Shown here piece after piece: positions 24,736-34,496 of a DNA stretch of 64,000 bases (position 1 is the first letter of the stretch; every line of letters begins with the position of its first letter). Where the stretch lies: NCBI GenBank assembly GCA_977020255.1, contig CDROCS010000496.1, positions 496,001 through 560,000 on the forward strand, read 5' to 3'. A program made the position numbers and the translations under genes. This DNA is from Obrimoposthia wandeli (lineage: Eukaryota). Under the pieces are notes generated by a model that was not told where the DNA came from, ran no database searches, and was given only the letters and a program-made list of their open reading frames with translations.

Positions 24736-25142
24736 AGATAAAAAATCGTAAAATAAGAATTGTGAAATAAGATAAAAATAATAAGTATATTGATATCGTA
24801 AACGAATACATAATTGATAAGACAACGGATAATAGAAAAGGACCCGCGTATAATACTAGAAGACAAAGTCAGATTCCCAAGGAAGAGATAAATAATAATA
24901 AAGTTAACCGAATTGAACAGGTTCCCCAAACAGATAACAAAGTAACAGAAAAGACTAGAGTCGAAGAAAACGTATCAGAAAGAGACGTTGATCAATCAGC
25001 GGTTTCAACCGGCAGTTTTAATTTGACTGAATTATTTGGTGACATAGACCAAGAAGAATTTGAAATTGCCAATCCAGTAGTGATTGAGGAAGTTCCATTG
25101 AATAATATTGAAGAAATAGTTGAAGAAGTTATAGTTGAAAAT

Positions 25143-28100
25143 ATGGCTCAACCAGGAGCTCAAGCAGAAAATAATGCAGGAAATAATGTAGGTGACATGA
25201 ATGCCGAGCAGTTGGCACAAGCTTTAAATGCGACGTTGAGACCCAATTTTTCAGGATCATTGCAGATTACAAAGTTTAAAGGAGACGAGGAAAGTATTTG
25301 TGACTTCCTCGCAGAATATTCGAGTTGTGCAGATGTTCAAGGATGGAACGATAAAGAAAAATGTGTCAGAGTACAGGCACATTTAACCGGATTAGCACTT
25401 GAGGTGTATAAACATTTGACAGAAGCAGAACGTTTAGATTGGCCAACGTTGGAAAATGCTTTTATTGGAAAATTGGTATTAGGAGATTTAGCCAAAGTAA
25501 ATAAGCGACTCATGAGAGAACGGAAACAGAAACATGACGAAGGCGTGAATGAATACGCGTATGTTTTGAGAACCTTGGCCGCAAGAGCGTACCCAAGAAG
25601 AATAATGAGAAATCAGGACGGTAATCCTGTAGCTCCAGAAGCACAAGCAGCGGAAAATGACCGGAACCAAAATGAAATGGCAGAGGTCTTGTTAGATATA
25701 TTTAGAGGAGGATTGAAAAAGGATATTAAAGTGTTATTAGCAGTATCGGATACAAATGATTTTGATAACGCCGTGCGAAAGGCGAGAGAGATAGAGAAAA
25801 ATATAAAGAATAATGCAGCATTGGCAATCTACGCAATGACTGCAGGTGACGACGATAAGACAAAGGTCTTCGTGAATAAAACAGAACCGAGTAATTTTCA
25901 GAATCGAAATTATGGACAAAATAAGTTTGAAAAAATAGATGAATCCAGTAACGGAAATAGAGATAATTTCCGAAGTAGGAATCGAGATGATTCGAGAGGT
26001 AGAAATAATAGTGAGTCTTGGAACAGGAATCGAGATGATTCAAGAGGTAGAAATAATAATGATTCGTGGAATAGAAATAGAGATGATTCCAGGAATAGAT
26101 TTAATAGAGATAATTCAGGAAATCGCCAACCTTGGAGAGGAGACGATAGGAATTATAACGCCAACAGAGGAGAGCGAAGTGACTCTCGATTTGGAAATAA
26201 TGCAGGAAATAGTGACGGAAGATTCAATAATCGAGGAAGCGGTTTTGAATCGAATTTCCGAAGAAATGATTTTAGAGGACGCTATGATAATAGACAGAAT
26301 AGTCGTCGAGTACAGTTCGAAGATGAACAAAATAAGATAGATATTCGAGGGAGAATAATGTGTTATACGTGTAAGCAAATGGGTCACTATTCGAGAGATT
26401 GTACGAGAAGTAAAGAGTTCGGAACTAACAGATTTGGAAATAATAATTTCGGTAATAATAATTTTGGAAATAATTATAGAGGATATAATTCACCTCCGCC
26501 ATGGAATAGAGGTGGTGGATATACTCCACAGCCATGGAGACTGAATAATCAGTATACAGATAGACAACAGTCACCAGGTAGATACAATAACTATGCAGAC
26601 AGACAGCAAGGAGCTGAGAGATACAATAATTACGTAGGACAGCAAGGAGCTGAGAGATATAATAATTCCGGTAGATATAATAATAATAATGTTGACAAGA
26701 CAAATAGTCGAGAGAGTTCGCCGAAACCGAAAGGAAATTTTAGTTATGTAAGCGATGACAGTGATAGGAATCGCGAAACCGAGCTTCGACGCGAAATAGA
26801 TTTTGAAGATAGTGATAGTAAATTTGAACGAATGTTGGGAATAATTAAAGATTCACCACATACAAAGATGGCGAATTCATCTACGTTGTCGAAACAAGAG
26901 AAAAATCTACACTCGAGAGAAGAGATGAATGATTTAATGAATAGAATATTAGAAGCGTACGAGACACCAATAGAGAAAACGTGTAACGCACAACCTATGA
27001 CTGATCATGTAGAAGCAGCAAGAAATGCTACGAGTATGGAAAATGTAAAAAAGATAATTAGTGAAGCTAAGGAAACGTTGAATCAACCGTTAGATGAAAC
27101 GAGTGAAGCTCCAGAAGTTTTGGCCAAATTGCAAACAATTAAAGTGCACCGATTGGAAGAAGTGCGTGCAGAATTGGTTAAACATAGTCATGATAACTTG
27201 GGTTACAAAGAAGTACCCCGAGGACTATTGAAAGGTTATGGTCGTTATGTACAGAGATCAAACCAAACAGGAACGATGAAAATTTCACTTCGATTAATTT
27301 CCGGACAGATAATACATGAAAAACTTAACGTGTATCAAACAATGAAAACGATTCGGAAAAAGTTGGCTGAGAAACTTGAAATTGATGGAATGAATATGTT
27401 GTTCCATTATAAAGGGAGATCACTAGATGATGAGGACGTACCAGTCGAGTTTGGATATCCGATAGGAAATGAATTAGAGGAAAAAATTGATGTCATCACT
27501 GTAGGACGTCAAGAGTTAGTAGATAATGAAGGATTAACCGAGATATTGAATTCTGCGTTAGAAATGATAAAAACGCCTATAGAAATTTTAGACAGTTCAA
27601 GTGAAAGCGGAGATGGTGATGTGGCTGAAGCTTGGAACAAGACGTCTACGCCAGAACCGTACGTAACTGAATTGCAAGACATGAATTTGGAAAATGAGTT
27701 GACAACTCCAGTGGTCGAGGTACCACCAGAACCAGATATAATTCCAATCAGACAAGATGAAGTCACGGATACAGCTAACCAAGTGAGACAAAACGAAACC
27801 GTAACCCAACTAGTAGGAGAAGACGAAGTCTCCGAGATTGTAGATTTGGATTCACCAATTTGGCATGCCGCATACAAAGATAGACAAGCAGAGCAAATGA
27901 TGCGACAAAGTGAAGAGATTGGCCATGAAGAAGGACCAAGTCAAGAGATACAGTATAATGGTGAAACGTATGATCCAGGAGAGAATCAAACTGAGTATCA
28001 GTATTTTCGAAGAGGACCTGGAAGACCTAGAAAAGGCGAAAGTATATTACGAAATGTTCTAACTGCACCACAGACTGATGAAGAGAGACATCTAAGTATT

Positions 28101-31100
28101 GGACAGTTAGCAGCGTCATTAGAGCAGTATAGTGCAGAGAGGAATGAAGATATCAGAGGTGATATGAATTCGGAAACTCCAAGTAGTAAAGATATACTTA
28201 CGGGAATTCTCAGGCAAGTGAAGCCGAAGTTGTTTAAAATGTACAGAGATGAAACAACCGATATAACAGACAATTTGACTAAAGCAGTCAGATCACAGAT
28301 GTCTGCAGTAAAGAGAATGACCGCGAATCATGTATACCATGCATCGATAGATAGATTTTATGACGGTGAAGTTTTAGCGAGATTATGTGGAAACCAGACT
28401 ACAAATAAAAAGTTAATTACAGCAATCACATATCTATGTTTCCAATTGACGGAACGAACGAGCCAACCTCACGAAGTCAAACAAGGAATAAATGAAGCAA
28501 TGTATTTGATCGAGAATGTGTTACAGAGACGAATTGACGAAAATGGAGGTTGGGCAAAATTAAGTGACTACGCTAAAACCATTTTGGAAATGAATGAAGA
28601 CGATGACGAACAATGTCATGAGAATCGTCAAAAGGAAAATAAACAATACCGTCCGAAAGAGAGAAACAATCAACCAAATATGTCCACAACAATGATGATG
28701 ATGATGTTAGTAATGTTTATGGGAATGCAACAGGCATCAGGATTGATAGCATATGACTGTAGCATACCAAAGATGGGACAAAAGTATTCACTGCTTGACA
28801 GCGAAGACTGCCCAGAGTCACAACCGTCAAAACTAGAAGTTCAAGGTGTTGAAAACTACTTTGTGTATCAGGATGTTGATAAAGTACAAGTAGAAGTGAA
28901 AGAATGTTCAATCCATTCAAGTTATCACGAATTCTATTGTGGTCATAGAAGTTTTATGTCAGAAATCACACCTACCACACCGTACAAGGCACATAAGGTT
29001 TTGCCGAGAGATTGCGAAGATGCATTTCGAACGGGAACGATAGAGGTAGACAAGAATTACAAACCTGAAGTAAAAATTGGAGTGAGACGATACGAAACAG
29101 TCACGAGAGTCGGACAACGATGGGCCGATGGATCTTGTGACGGAGGAACAAAAAACGTGCGTGGAACCAAAGTAACCGAGTTAGTAATGGACGTAACTTA
29201 CAAAATCGAATTAAAAACATGGACCGCCAATTTTGATAAAAAGACACAACTAATGATGAAGTATCCAGAATGTAAAATGACAGATACATCTTGTTTTACA
29301 GGCGAATCCACAATTGTGTATAACATAAATCCGAAGCAATGCTCTTTAGTATTTTTGAAAGAGATTAGCTTTAATAAAATAAAAGGATTCCTGTATAATA
29401 AAGATGGAGAAGGATTCCTGTATAATAAAGTTGGAAAAGGATTGCTCAATGAAACAAGACCAATCCCAATGACAAAGACACCTACACTGTTAATGGCAAC
29501 ATCAATAGAAGAAGGATTGATATTTATTAAAAAGAGAAACAAAGCGCGATGCGGAATGACTGTTAGTACTACAAACTATCCAGGAATAGTTTTGTCTAAA
29601 GAAGCAATAGCATTGGCAGAAACCAAGCTAAAACCAAAAGATATGCAGCTACATACGTATTTTAATAATAAAATTGATTTCTATTATCATAAAGGATTGA
29701 TGCAAATGGAACAGTTATATCGAATGATGATTGAAAGAGATTGCCAGCTAAACAAAGAGATCGTGAGAACAAAGTTAGCATTAGCTATTACGAATCCAGA
29801 CATGGTAGCACCATTATTACCCTTGGATGAAGGAGTATTTGCTAAAACCATGGGAGAAGTATTGTATACTTACAAGTGTAATAAAGTAGAGGTACAGTTG
29901 AGAAAAACAAATCGATGTACGAGTGAATTGGCAGTAACGTATAATTTAAAAGATCTTTTTGTTGAACCAATCACGAGAATGTTACTTCCAAAAGACACTC
30001 CAACTAAAGAAATCAGCTGCTCTAATATAATGGCACCTGAATATCAGATGACGAATAATCTATGGATAACGTTACCTGATCGGAAGCCAACGAAAACCCC
30101 AGCGATGATAAGAATGACGAATCTTAAAGGTAAAATGAAATTCCAAGCGGTGGAAAATATGGAGAACGCAGGATTGTACAATGAAAAAGACTTAAAAGCG
30201 GCGTGGAACGAAATAATGTTTCCAGTAAGAAGAGCCAGAGTACTTACGGAGATGGTACATCGAGCATTACCGCCAGGAGCGAGATATGCGAATTTTGATA
30301 TGTTATTGTCGCCAAGTCATTTCAAGGAAGCAGCACATCAGACACTTAGAAAGATGTGGGGGAAATTCCTTGTTTTAGGACAATTATTTTCGGGTATCAT
30401 AGGTATTTATGTTATAATTAAATTTGTGCAGGTAATTATAGCCCAGGTGTTGTCTACGTATAGTTTATACAGGATAACCGGAATCACCTGGCAACTTATA
30501 ATTGGATGTTTTCCATTTTTAGCAAAATATCTAATGCACCATCATCACGAGAACGAGTTGCGAGCCCTCAAGAAGGAACAACACCAAACGAGAACCATGA
30601 TGAGAGAACCAAGAAACTGTCGAGACGATAACGACGACGATAATGATAGTCCAGGAGTATATGCAAAGATACCAGGAAAACCAAAGATTCCGTTACCAGA
30701 CAAGGAAGAAGTGGCGTTAAACCTATACCCAATGAAGGAATTGAAGGAAGAGAAGGAAAAATTCAAGAGAGGCATCTTAATGATAAGATGGCCTAAAGTG
30801 AGCTACAGTGAAATTCCACAAGCAGAGGAAAAAGACAAAAAAGATAATTCCAGAAGAATTCTGAAGTCTAGGATATCAAATGAGAATCCAAATGCTCCAC
30901 CACAAGTAGCAGTAACATTGAACGGAAGAGAATATCTTGCCGAAGTTGATACCGGATCTGCAGTATCAGTACTGAGTAAAGAAATCTTGTCATCAAAAGA
31001 ATTAAGAGAAGTATGTCCTAGAAAACAGACATTTGTTAACGTGAATGGTACAGATGTAGTGTCGGAAGGAACACTGAAATGTTCATTGAATATCGATGGA

Positions 31101-31334
31101 AGAGTATTACAGTTAAATGCTAGAATATTCACAGATTGCGGTAGTCCAGTCATGATTGGGATGGACGTAATACGAATGTTTGAAGGAATAATTATACTAC
31201 CAAACAACAAGAGTTATAAGAATGACAGTTCAGTGAGAGAGATAAAAATGTTGAGAGGACCTATAGTCGAAAAGGAAAAATGCACTACGTTCCGTATGGG
31301 AAGTTCGTACCCAGACAAAAACAGGAAGCGCTAG
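25143..31334 (+). CDS. Polyprotein segment 1: Gag - UBL - AT-hook - Bcl-2-like - Env glycoprotein - aspartic protease 1
   Basis: ORF 25023-31334, first ATG at 25143 (MAQPGA). Capsid-like FLAEYSSCADVQGW..EKC; CYTCKQMGHYSRDC knuckle (26361-26402); VDTGSAVSV...IGMDVI protease (30900-31200). Confidence 0.93.
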   Translation: MAQPGAQAENNAGNNVGDMNAEQLAQALNATLRPNFSGSLQITKFKGDEESICDFLAEYSSCADVQGWNDKEKCVRVQAHLTGLALEVYKHLTEAERLDWPTLENAFIGKLVLGDLAKVNKRLMRERKQKHDEGVNEYAYVLRTLAARAYPRRIMRNQDGNPVAPEAQAAENDRNQNEMAEVLLDIFRGGLKKDIKVLLAVSDTNDFDNAVRKAREIEKNIKNNAALAIYAMTAGDDDKTKVFVNKTEPSNFQNRNYGQNKFEKIDESSNGNRDNFRSRNRDDSRGRNNSESWNRNRDDSRGRNNNDSWNRNRDDSRNRFNRDNSGNRQPWRGDDRNYNANRGERSDSRFGNNAGNSDGRFNNRGSGFESNFRRNDFRGRYDNRQNSRRVQFEDEQNKIDIRGRIMCYTCKQMGHYSRDCTRSKEFGTNRFGNNNFGNNNFGNNYRGYNSPPPWNRGGGYTPQPWRLNNQYTDRQQSPGRYNNYADRQQGAERYNNYVGQQGAERYNNSGRYNNNNVDKTNSRESSPKPKGNFSYVSDDSDRNRETELRREIDFEDSDSKFERMLGIIKDSPHTKMANSSTLSKQEKNLHSREEMNDLMNRILEAYETPIEKTCNAQPMTDHVEAARNATSMENVKKIISEAKETLNQPLDETSEAPEVLAKLQTIKVHRLEEVRAELVKHSHDNLGYKEVPRGLLKGYGRYVQRSNQTGTMKISLRLISGQIIHEKLNVYQTMKTIRKKLAEKLEIDGMNMLFHYKGRSLDDEDVPVEFGYPIGNELEEKIDVITVGRQELVDNEGLTEILNSALEMIKTPIEILDSSSESGDGDVAEAWNKTSTPEPYVTELQDMNLENELTTPVVEVPPEPDIIPIRQDEVTDTANQVRQNETVTQLVGEDEVSEIVDLDSPIWHAAYKDRQAEQMMRQSEEIGHEEGPSQEIQYNGETYDPGENQTEYQYFRRGPGRPRKGESILRNVLTAPQTDEERHLSIGQLAASLEQYSAERNEDIRGDMNSETPSSKDILTGILRQVKPKLFKMYRDETTDITDNLTKAVRSQMSAVKRMTANHVYHASIDRFYDGEVLARLCGNQTTNKKLITAITYLCFQLTERTSQPHEVKQGINEAMYLIENVLQRRIDENGGWAKLSDYAKTILEMNEDDDEQCHENRQKENKQYRPKERNNQPNMSTTMMMMMLVMFMGMQQASGLIAYDCSIPKMGQKYSLLDSEDCPESQPSKLEVQGVENYFVYQDVDKVQVEVKECSIHSSYHEFYCGHRSFMSEITPTTPYKAHKVLPRDCEDAFRTGTIEVDKNYKPEVKIGVRRYETVTRVGQRWADGSCDGGTKNVRGTKVTELVMDVTYKIELKTWTANFDKKTQLMMKYPECKMTDTSCFTGESTIVYNINPKQCSLVFLKEISFNKIKGFLYNKDGEGFLYNKVGKGLLNETRPIPMTKTPTLLMATSIEEGLIFIKKRNKARCGMTVSTTNYPGIVLSKEAIALAETKLKPKDMQLHTYFNNKIDFYYHKGLMQMEQLYRMMIERDCQLNKEIVRTKLALAITNPDMVAPLLPLDEGVFAKTMGEVLYTYKCNKVEVQLRKTNRCTSELAVTYNLKDLFVEPITRMLLPKDTPTKEISCSNIMAPEYQMTNNLWITLPDRKPTKTPAMIRMTNLKGKMKFQAVENMENAGLYNEKDLKAAWNEIMFPVRRARVLTEMVHRALPPGARYANFDMLLSPSHFKEAAHQTLRKMWGKFLVLGQLFSGIIGIYVIIKFVQVIIAQVLSTYSLYRITGITWQLIIGCFPFLAKYLMHHHHENELRALKKEQHQTRTMMREPRNCRDDNDDDNDSPGVYAKIPGKPKIPLPDKEEVALNLYPMKELKEEKEKFKRGILMIRWPKVSYSEIPQAEEKDKKDNSRRILKSRISNENPNAPPQVAVTLNGREYLAEVDTGSAVSVLSKEILSSKELREVCPRKQTFVNVNGTDVVSEGTLKCSLNIDGRVLQLNARIFTDCGSPVMIGMDVIRMFEGIIILPNNKSYKNDSSVREIKMLRGPIVEKEKCTTFRMGSSYPDKNRKR
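27276..27506 (+). other. Ubiquitin/SUMO-like domain within segment 1
   Basis: MKISLRLISGQIIHEKLNVYQTMKTIRKKLAEKLEIDGMNMLFHYKGRSLDDEDVPVEFG...KIDVITV; beta-grasp pattern with SUMO-like F-x-Y-x-G...D-x-P...IDV; no terminal diGly. Confidence 0.7.
28188..28590 (+). other. Bcl-2-like helical domain within segment 1
   Basis: BH2-like RRIDENGGWAKL (NGGW at 28542-53); degenerate BH1-like GNQTTNKKLITAITYLCFQL at Bcl-2-like spacing. Confidence 0.55.
28680..30540 (+). other. Chuvirus-like (class III, gB-type) envelope glycoprotein within segment 1
   Basis: Signal-like MSTTMMMMMLVMFMGMQQASG then LIAYDC..YSLLDSEDC; ERDCQLNKEIVRTKLALAITNPD..GEVLYTYKC.KVEV..R.T.RC..EL.V, as in chuviral G proteins; C-terminal TM FLVLGQLFSGIIGIYVIIKFVQVII. 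Confidence 0.85.
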
Positions 31335-32090
31335 CAAAGTCGATACTTCACTACAAAAATGTAAATTTCGGACCACAAGATACGACGAGGAGAAAAATAA
31401 CATACGTAAATCTGTCAGAAAGGGATCCCATGAGATTCGAGAGAAAGAGACGAAATATATTAGAACAGTACTATTCAAAAGGAATGGCACGTAAAATGGC
31501 AAGATCAGGTTTAGAAATGTTAAACGCGACAAGCAGTTATGGTCAGGAGATAGTAGTACGATGCGTATGGTGTAGAGTAAAGTTTAGAGAATGGGAACAG
31601 AATGAAAACCCAATGAGACGTCATAAAGAGATGCACCAAATTGTCCATTTCTTTTGAAACTGAAAACGTCAAACGTACCAGAAATCCAAACGGGAAAAGC
31701 ACCCGATTTCGATTACAGTGACGGGATTCCAAAAGGAGAATCAGCTCTAATAACAGGAAGAGTAATAACGAATAGTCGAATTGAAGATATATTCGAAGTT
31801 ATGCGAGAAGTGAACGAATGTGACGAACAATATCGAGAAGTAACTTTCGAAGATCCAAGACTTAAAAAATTGGCAAAAAAGGAATTTTTGCTATAAAAAG
31901 GGATGGTAACGACGTAATTAAATGCCACAAGTGTAAAAAAGAACGAATTATCGACAGATACACTCTTGAGCTACCTAAGAAAATTTTACATCATGAATTT
32001 TGCGAATTTTGTACTTGTAAAAACAAAATAAAGCAAAAAGAACAGAAAACCGAATGTATAATCGAATACCAAATCACACGGAAAGAGATT
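31280..32090 (+). CDS. Polyprotein segment 2: two BIR domains (split across three frames)
   Basis: BIR1 KMARSGL...VVRCVWC..F.EWEQNENPMRRHKEMH[P]NCPFL, completed by one-base repair at about 31637. BIR2 RLKKLAK[K]GIFAIKRDGNDVIKCHKC...ILHHEFCEF, completed by one-base repair at about 31878; this frame runs into ORF 32091. Confidence 0.8.
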
Positions 32091-34496
32091 TTGGCTCAAC
32101 AAGACACACCGGTAGTGTCATTCGTGAGAAGGTTATATCCAAAAGAAGCAGAAAGAATCAGAGAATTGGTAGAATTAAAAATAAAAACTACGCGAAACGG
32201 ATATGGATCGATTTTTGAATTACTGCGAGATAAAGATGACAGTACAATTGAAACAAAAGAGAAAGAGTACATAAATGAACTAGAATACGTACTAGAAGAT
32301 CCGGAATGCGCAGTTTGCATGGTTAACAAAATAGAAGTTGCCTTTCTACCATGCGGACATGTAAGAACATGTCGGAGATGTGCGAATGAAATGGTATCAT
32401 GTCCGATTTGTCGAAGAATAATAGATCGACAAGTGAGAAACATTAGATTTCACTATCCAAACATAGGAAGTGGACGGACAGAGTGTAATAATTCGATAAA
32501 TACAATATACCATATGGGAAACATAAATGGAGCACAGCGACCAGCAGCTATCATTAGAGTAAATAATTTAAGAGTAAAAGCTTTAATTGATACAGGTGCT
32601 GTAGCTTCGATAGTAAGTGAAGACTGTTTGACAGAGGAACAGAAACGAACAATGGCAGAACCAGATGAATTCTTGGTATCGGTCAATGGAGACCCTGTAA
32701 AAGTGACGGGAATATTACCATGTACATTTATAATTGGACGTAATACGATCACTATACCAGTTAGAATCATGAAAGAATGTCCTGAACCTACAATTTTAGG
32801 AATGGATGTATTATCACAACTCAAAGGGATAAGTATTGATTTACAGGATCCAAGATTGAAGGATAGTACATCAAACAGACAAATAAACCAAATTGATGTA
32901 ATTATAGAGAATCCTATAAAAATCGGTAAAAGATCACAATTTCTCATTCAAGGTCACACATTATCAGAAGATAAAGGACCAGTTGTGTTCGAACCATCAC
33001 GAGATTTCATAGAGAAATACGAACTACCAGTTGTGAGTACGGTATGCCTGATCGAAAACCACAAAATACCAGTTAGACTGATGAATACAACCAACAATGA
33101 CATTCTATTATACAGAGGAATGAGGTTGGGAAAGATAGCACAGATGGAGAATTCCACTGTATGCGCTATGAAACTCGATAAAGATACGAATGATTACGAA
33201 GAAATAGTAATCCAATCAGAAAGACTAACAACTAGAGAAAAGAAACAATTACTTGATCTAATACATAAATTTCCGAAAGTAATTGCAAAAAATCCATATG
33301 ACATAGGAGAAACACCTGTCATAAAACATACAATACCACTGACAGAAGACAAAGTAGTCAGAAGAAGACCATATCGAGTACCATTACAATTACAAGATGA
33401 AGTAAAAAGTCAGATTGAAGATATGTCTAAAACAGGAGTAATTAGACCGAGTTTTTCGCCATTCTCAGCACCTGTAGTGTTGGTAAAAAAGAAGGATGGG
33501 AAAATGAGATTCTGTATAGATTTCAGAGAACTGAACAAGATCACAAGAAAAGATGTGTATCCATTACCTAGAATCGAAGAGATGCTCGATAAATTGGGTA
33601 ATTCAGATTATTTTACAACATTGGATTTGCAGAGTGGATACTGGCAAATCGAGATAGAGGAAGAGGATAAACACAAAACAGCCTTTTCTTGCGGAGATGG
33701 ATTATACGAATGCGAAAAGATGCCATTCGGACTGACAGGAGCTCCAGCAACATTTCAGCGTTGCATGAATTTTGTACTCGCATCGTGTGCAAATACGATG
33801 GTTTATATCGATGACATAATAATATTTTCGAAAACGTTCGAAGAACATTTAAAAAATCTTGAAGTTGTATTTAAAAGACTGGAAAACGCTAAATTAAAAG
33901 TTAAACCTACAAAATGCGTATGGGCTAAAGAGCGAGTAACATTTTTAGGACATATAGTATCGAAAGAAGGCATTCGACCTGATCCAGCAAAGATCGAGAA
34001 AGTAAAAGCGCATTTAGCGCCAAAGACTGTTAAAGAGATACAGAGTTTTTTAGGTCTTGCAAATTATTATAGACGATTTGTTGAACATTTTTCAGATATA
34101 GCAACACCATTGAGAAAGTTGACGAGAAAAGATGAGAAGTTCATATGGGGAGAAGAAGCCCAACAAGCGTTCGAGCATTTAAAAGAAAGACTGATAAAAG
34201 CACCAATATTAGCGTTTCCAGATATAAACCGACAATTCATACTAATGACAGATGCAAGTAACTATGCTGTAGGAGCAGTATTGGGACAAGAGGATGACGA
34301 AGGAAGAGAACACGTCATTGCGTATGCGAGTAGAGGATTAAACAGAGCCGAAAGAGGATACTCTGTTATCGAAAAGGAATGTCTAGCCATAGTGTATTCA
34401 TGTAGACAGTACAGACACTATTTGCTAGGACAAAAGTATTCCTGTATACAGATCACAAACCACTACAGTTCTTGTATAAACATAGAGATGAGATGA
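32091..34496 (+). CDS. Polyprotein segment 3: IAP-type RING - aspartic protease 2 - RT - RNase H (N-part)
   Basis: CAVCMVNKIEVAFLPCGHVRTCRRCANEMVSCPICR (32307-32411); LIDTGAVAS..ILGMDVL; RFCIDFRELN..YPLPRI, MPFGL..AP.TFQ, YIDD (33804-15); MTDASNYAVGAVL, YSVIEKECLA. Confidence 0.97.
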   Translation: MAQQDTPVVSFVRRLYPKEAERIRELVELKIKTTRNGYGSIFELLRDKDDSTIETKEKEYINELEYVLEDPECAVCMVNKIEVAFLPCGHVRTCRRCANEMVSCPICRRIIDRQVRNIRFHYPNIGSGRTECNNSINTIYHMGNINGAQRPAAIIRVNNLRVKALIDTGAVASIVSEDCLTEEQKRTMAEPDEFLVSVNGDPVKVTGILPCTFIIGRNTITIPVRIMKECPEPTILGMDVLSQLKGISIDLQDPRLKDSTSNRQINQIDVIIENPIKIGKRSQFLIQGHTLSEDKGPVVFEPSRDFIEKYELPVVSTVCLIENHKIPVRLMNTTNNDILLYRGMRLGKIAQMENSTVCAMKLDKDTNDYEEIVIQSERLTTREKKQLLDLIHKFPKVIAKNPYDIGETPVIKHTIPLTEDKVVRRRPYRVPLQLQDEVKSQIEDMSKTGVIRPSFSPFSAPVVLVKKKDGKMRFCIDFRELNKITRKDVYPLPRIEEMLDKLGNSDYFTTLDLQSGYWQIEIEEEDKHKTAFSCGDGLYECEKMPFGLTGAPATFQRCMNFVLASCANTMVYIDDIIIFSKTFEEHLKNLEVVFKRLENAKLKVKPTKCVWAKERVTFLGHIVSKEGIRPDPAKIEKVKAHLAPKTVKEIQSFLGLANYYRRFVEHFSDIATPLRKLTRKDEKFIWGEEAQQAFEHLKERLIKAPILAFPDINRQFILMTDASNYAVGAVLGQEDDEGREHVIAYASRGLNRAERGYSVIEKECLAIVYSCRQYRHYLLGQKYSCIQITNHYSSCINIEMR

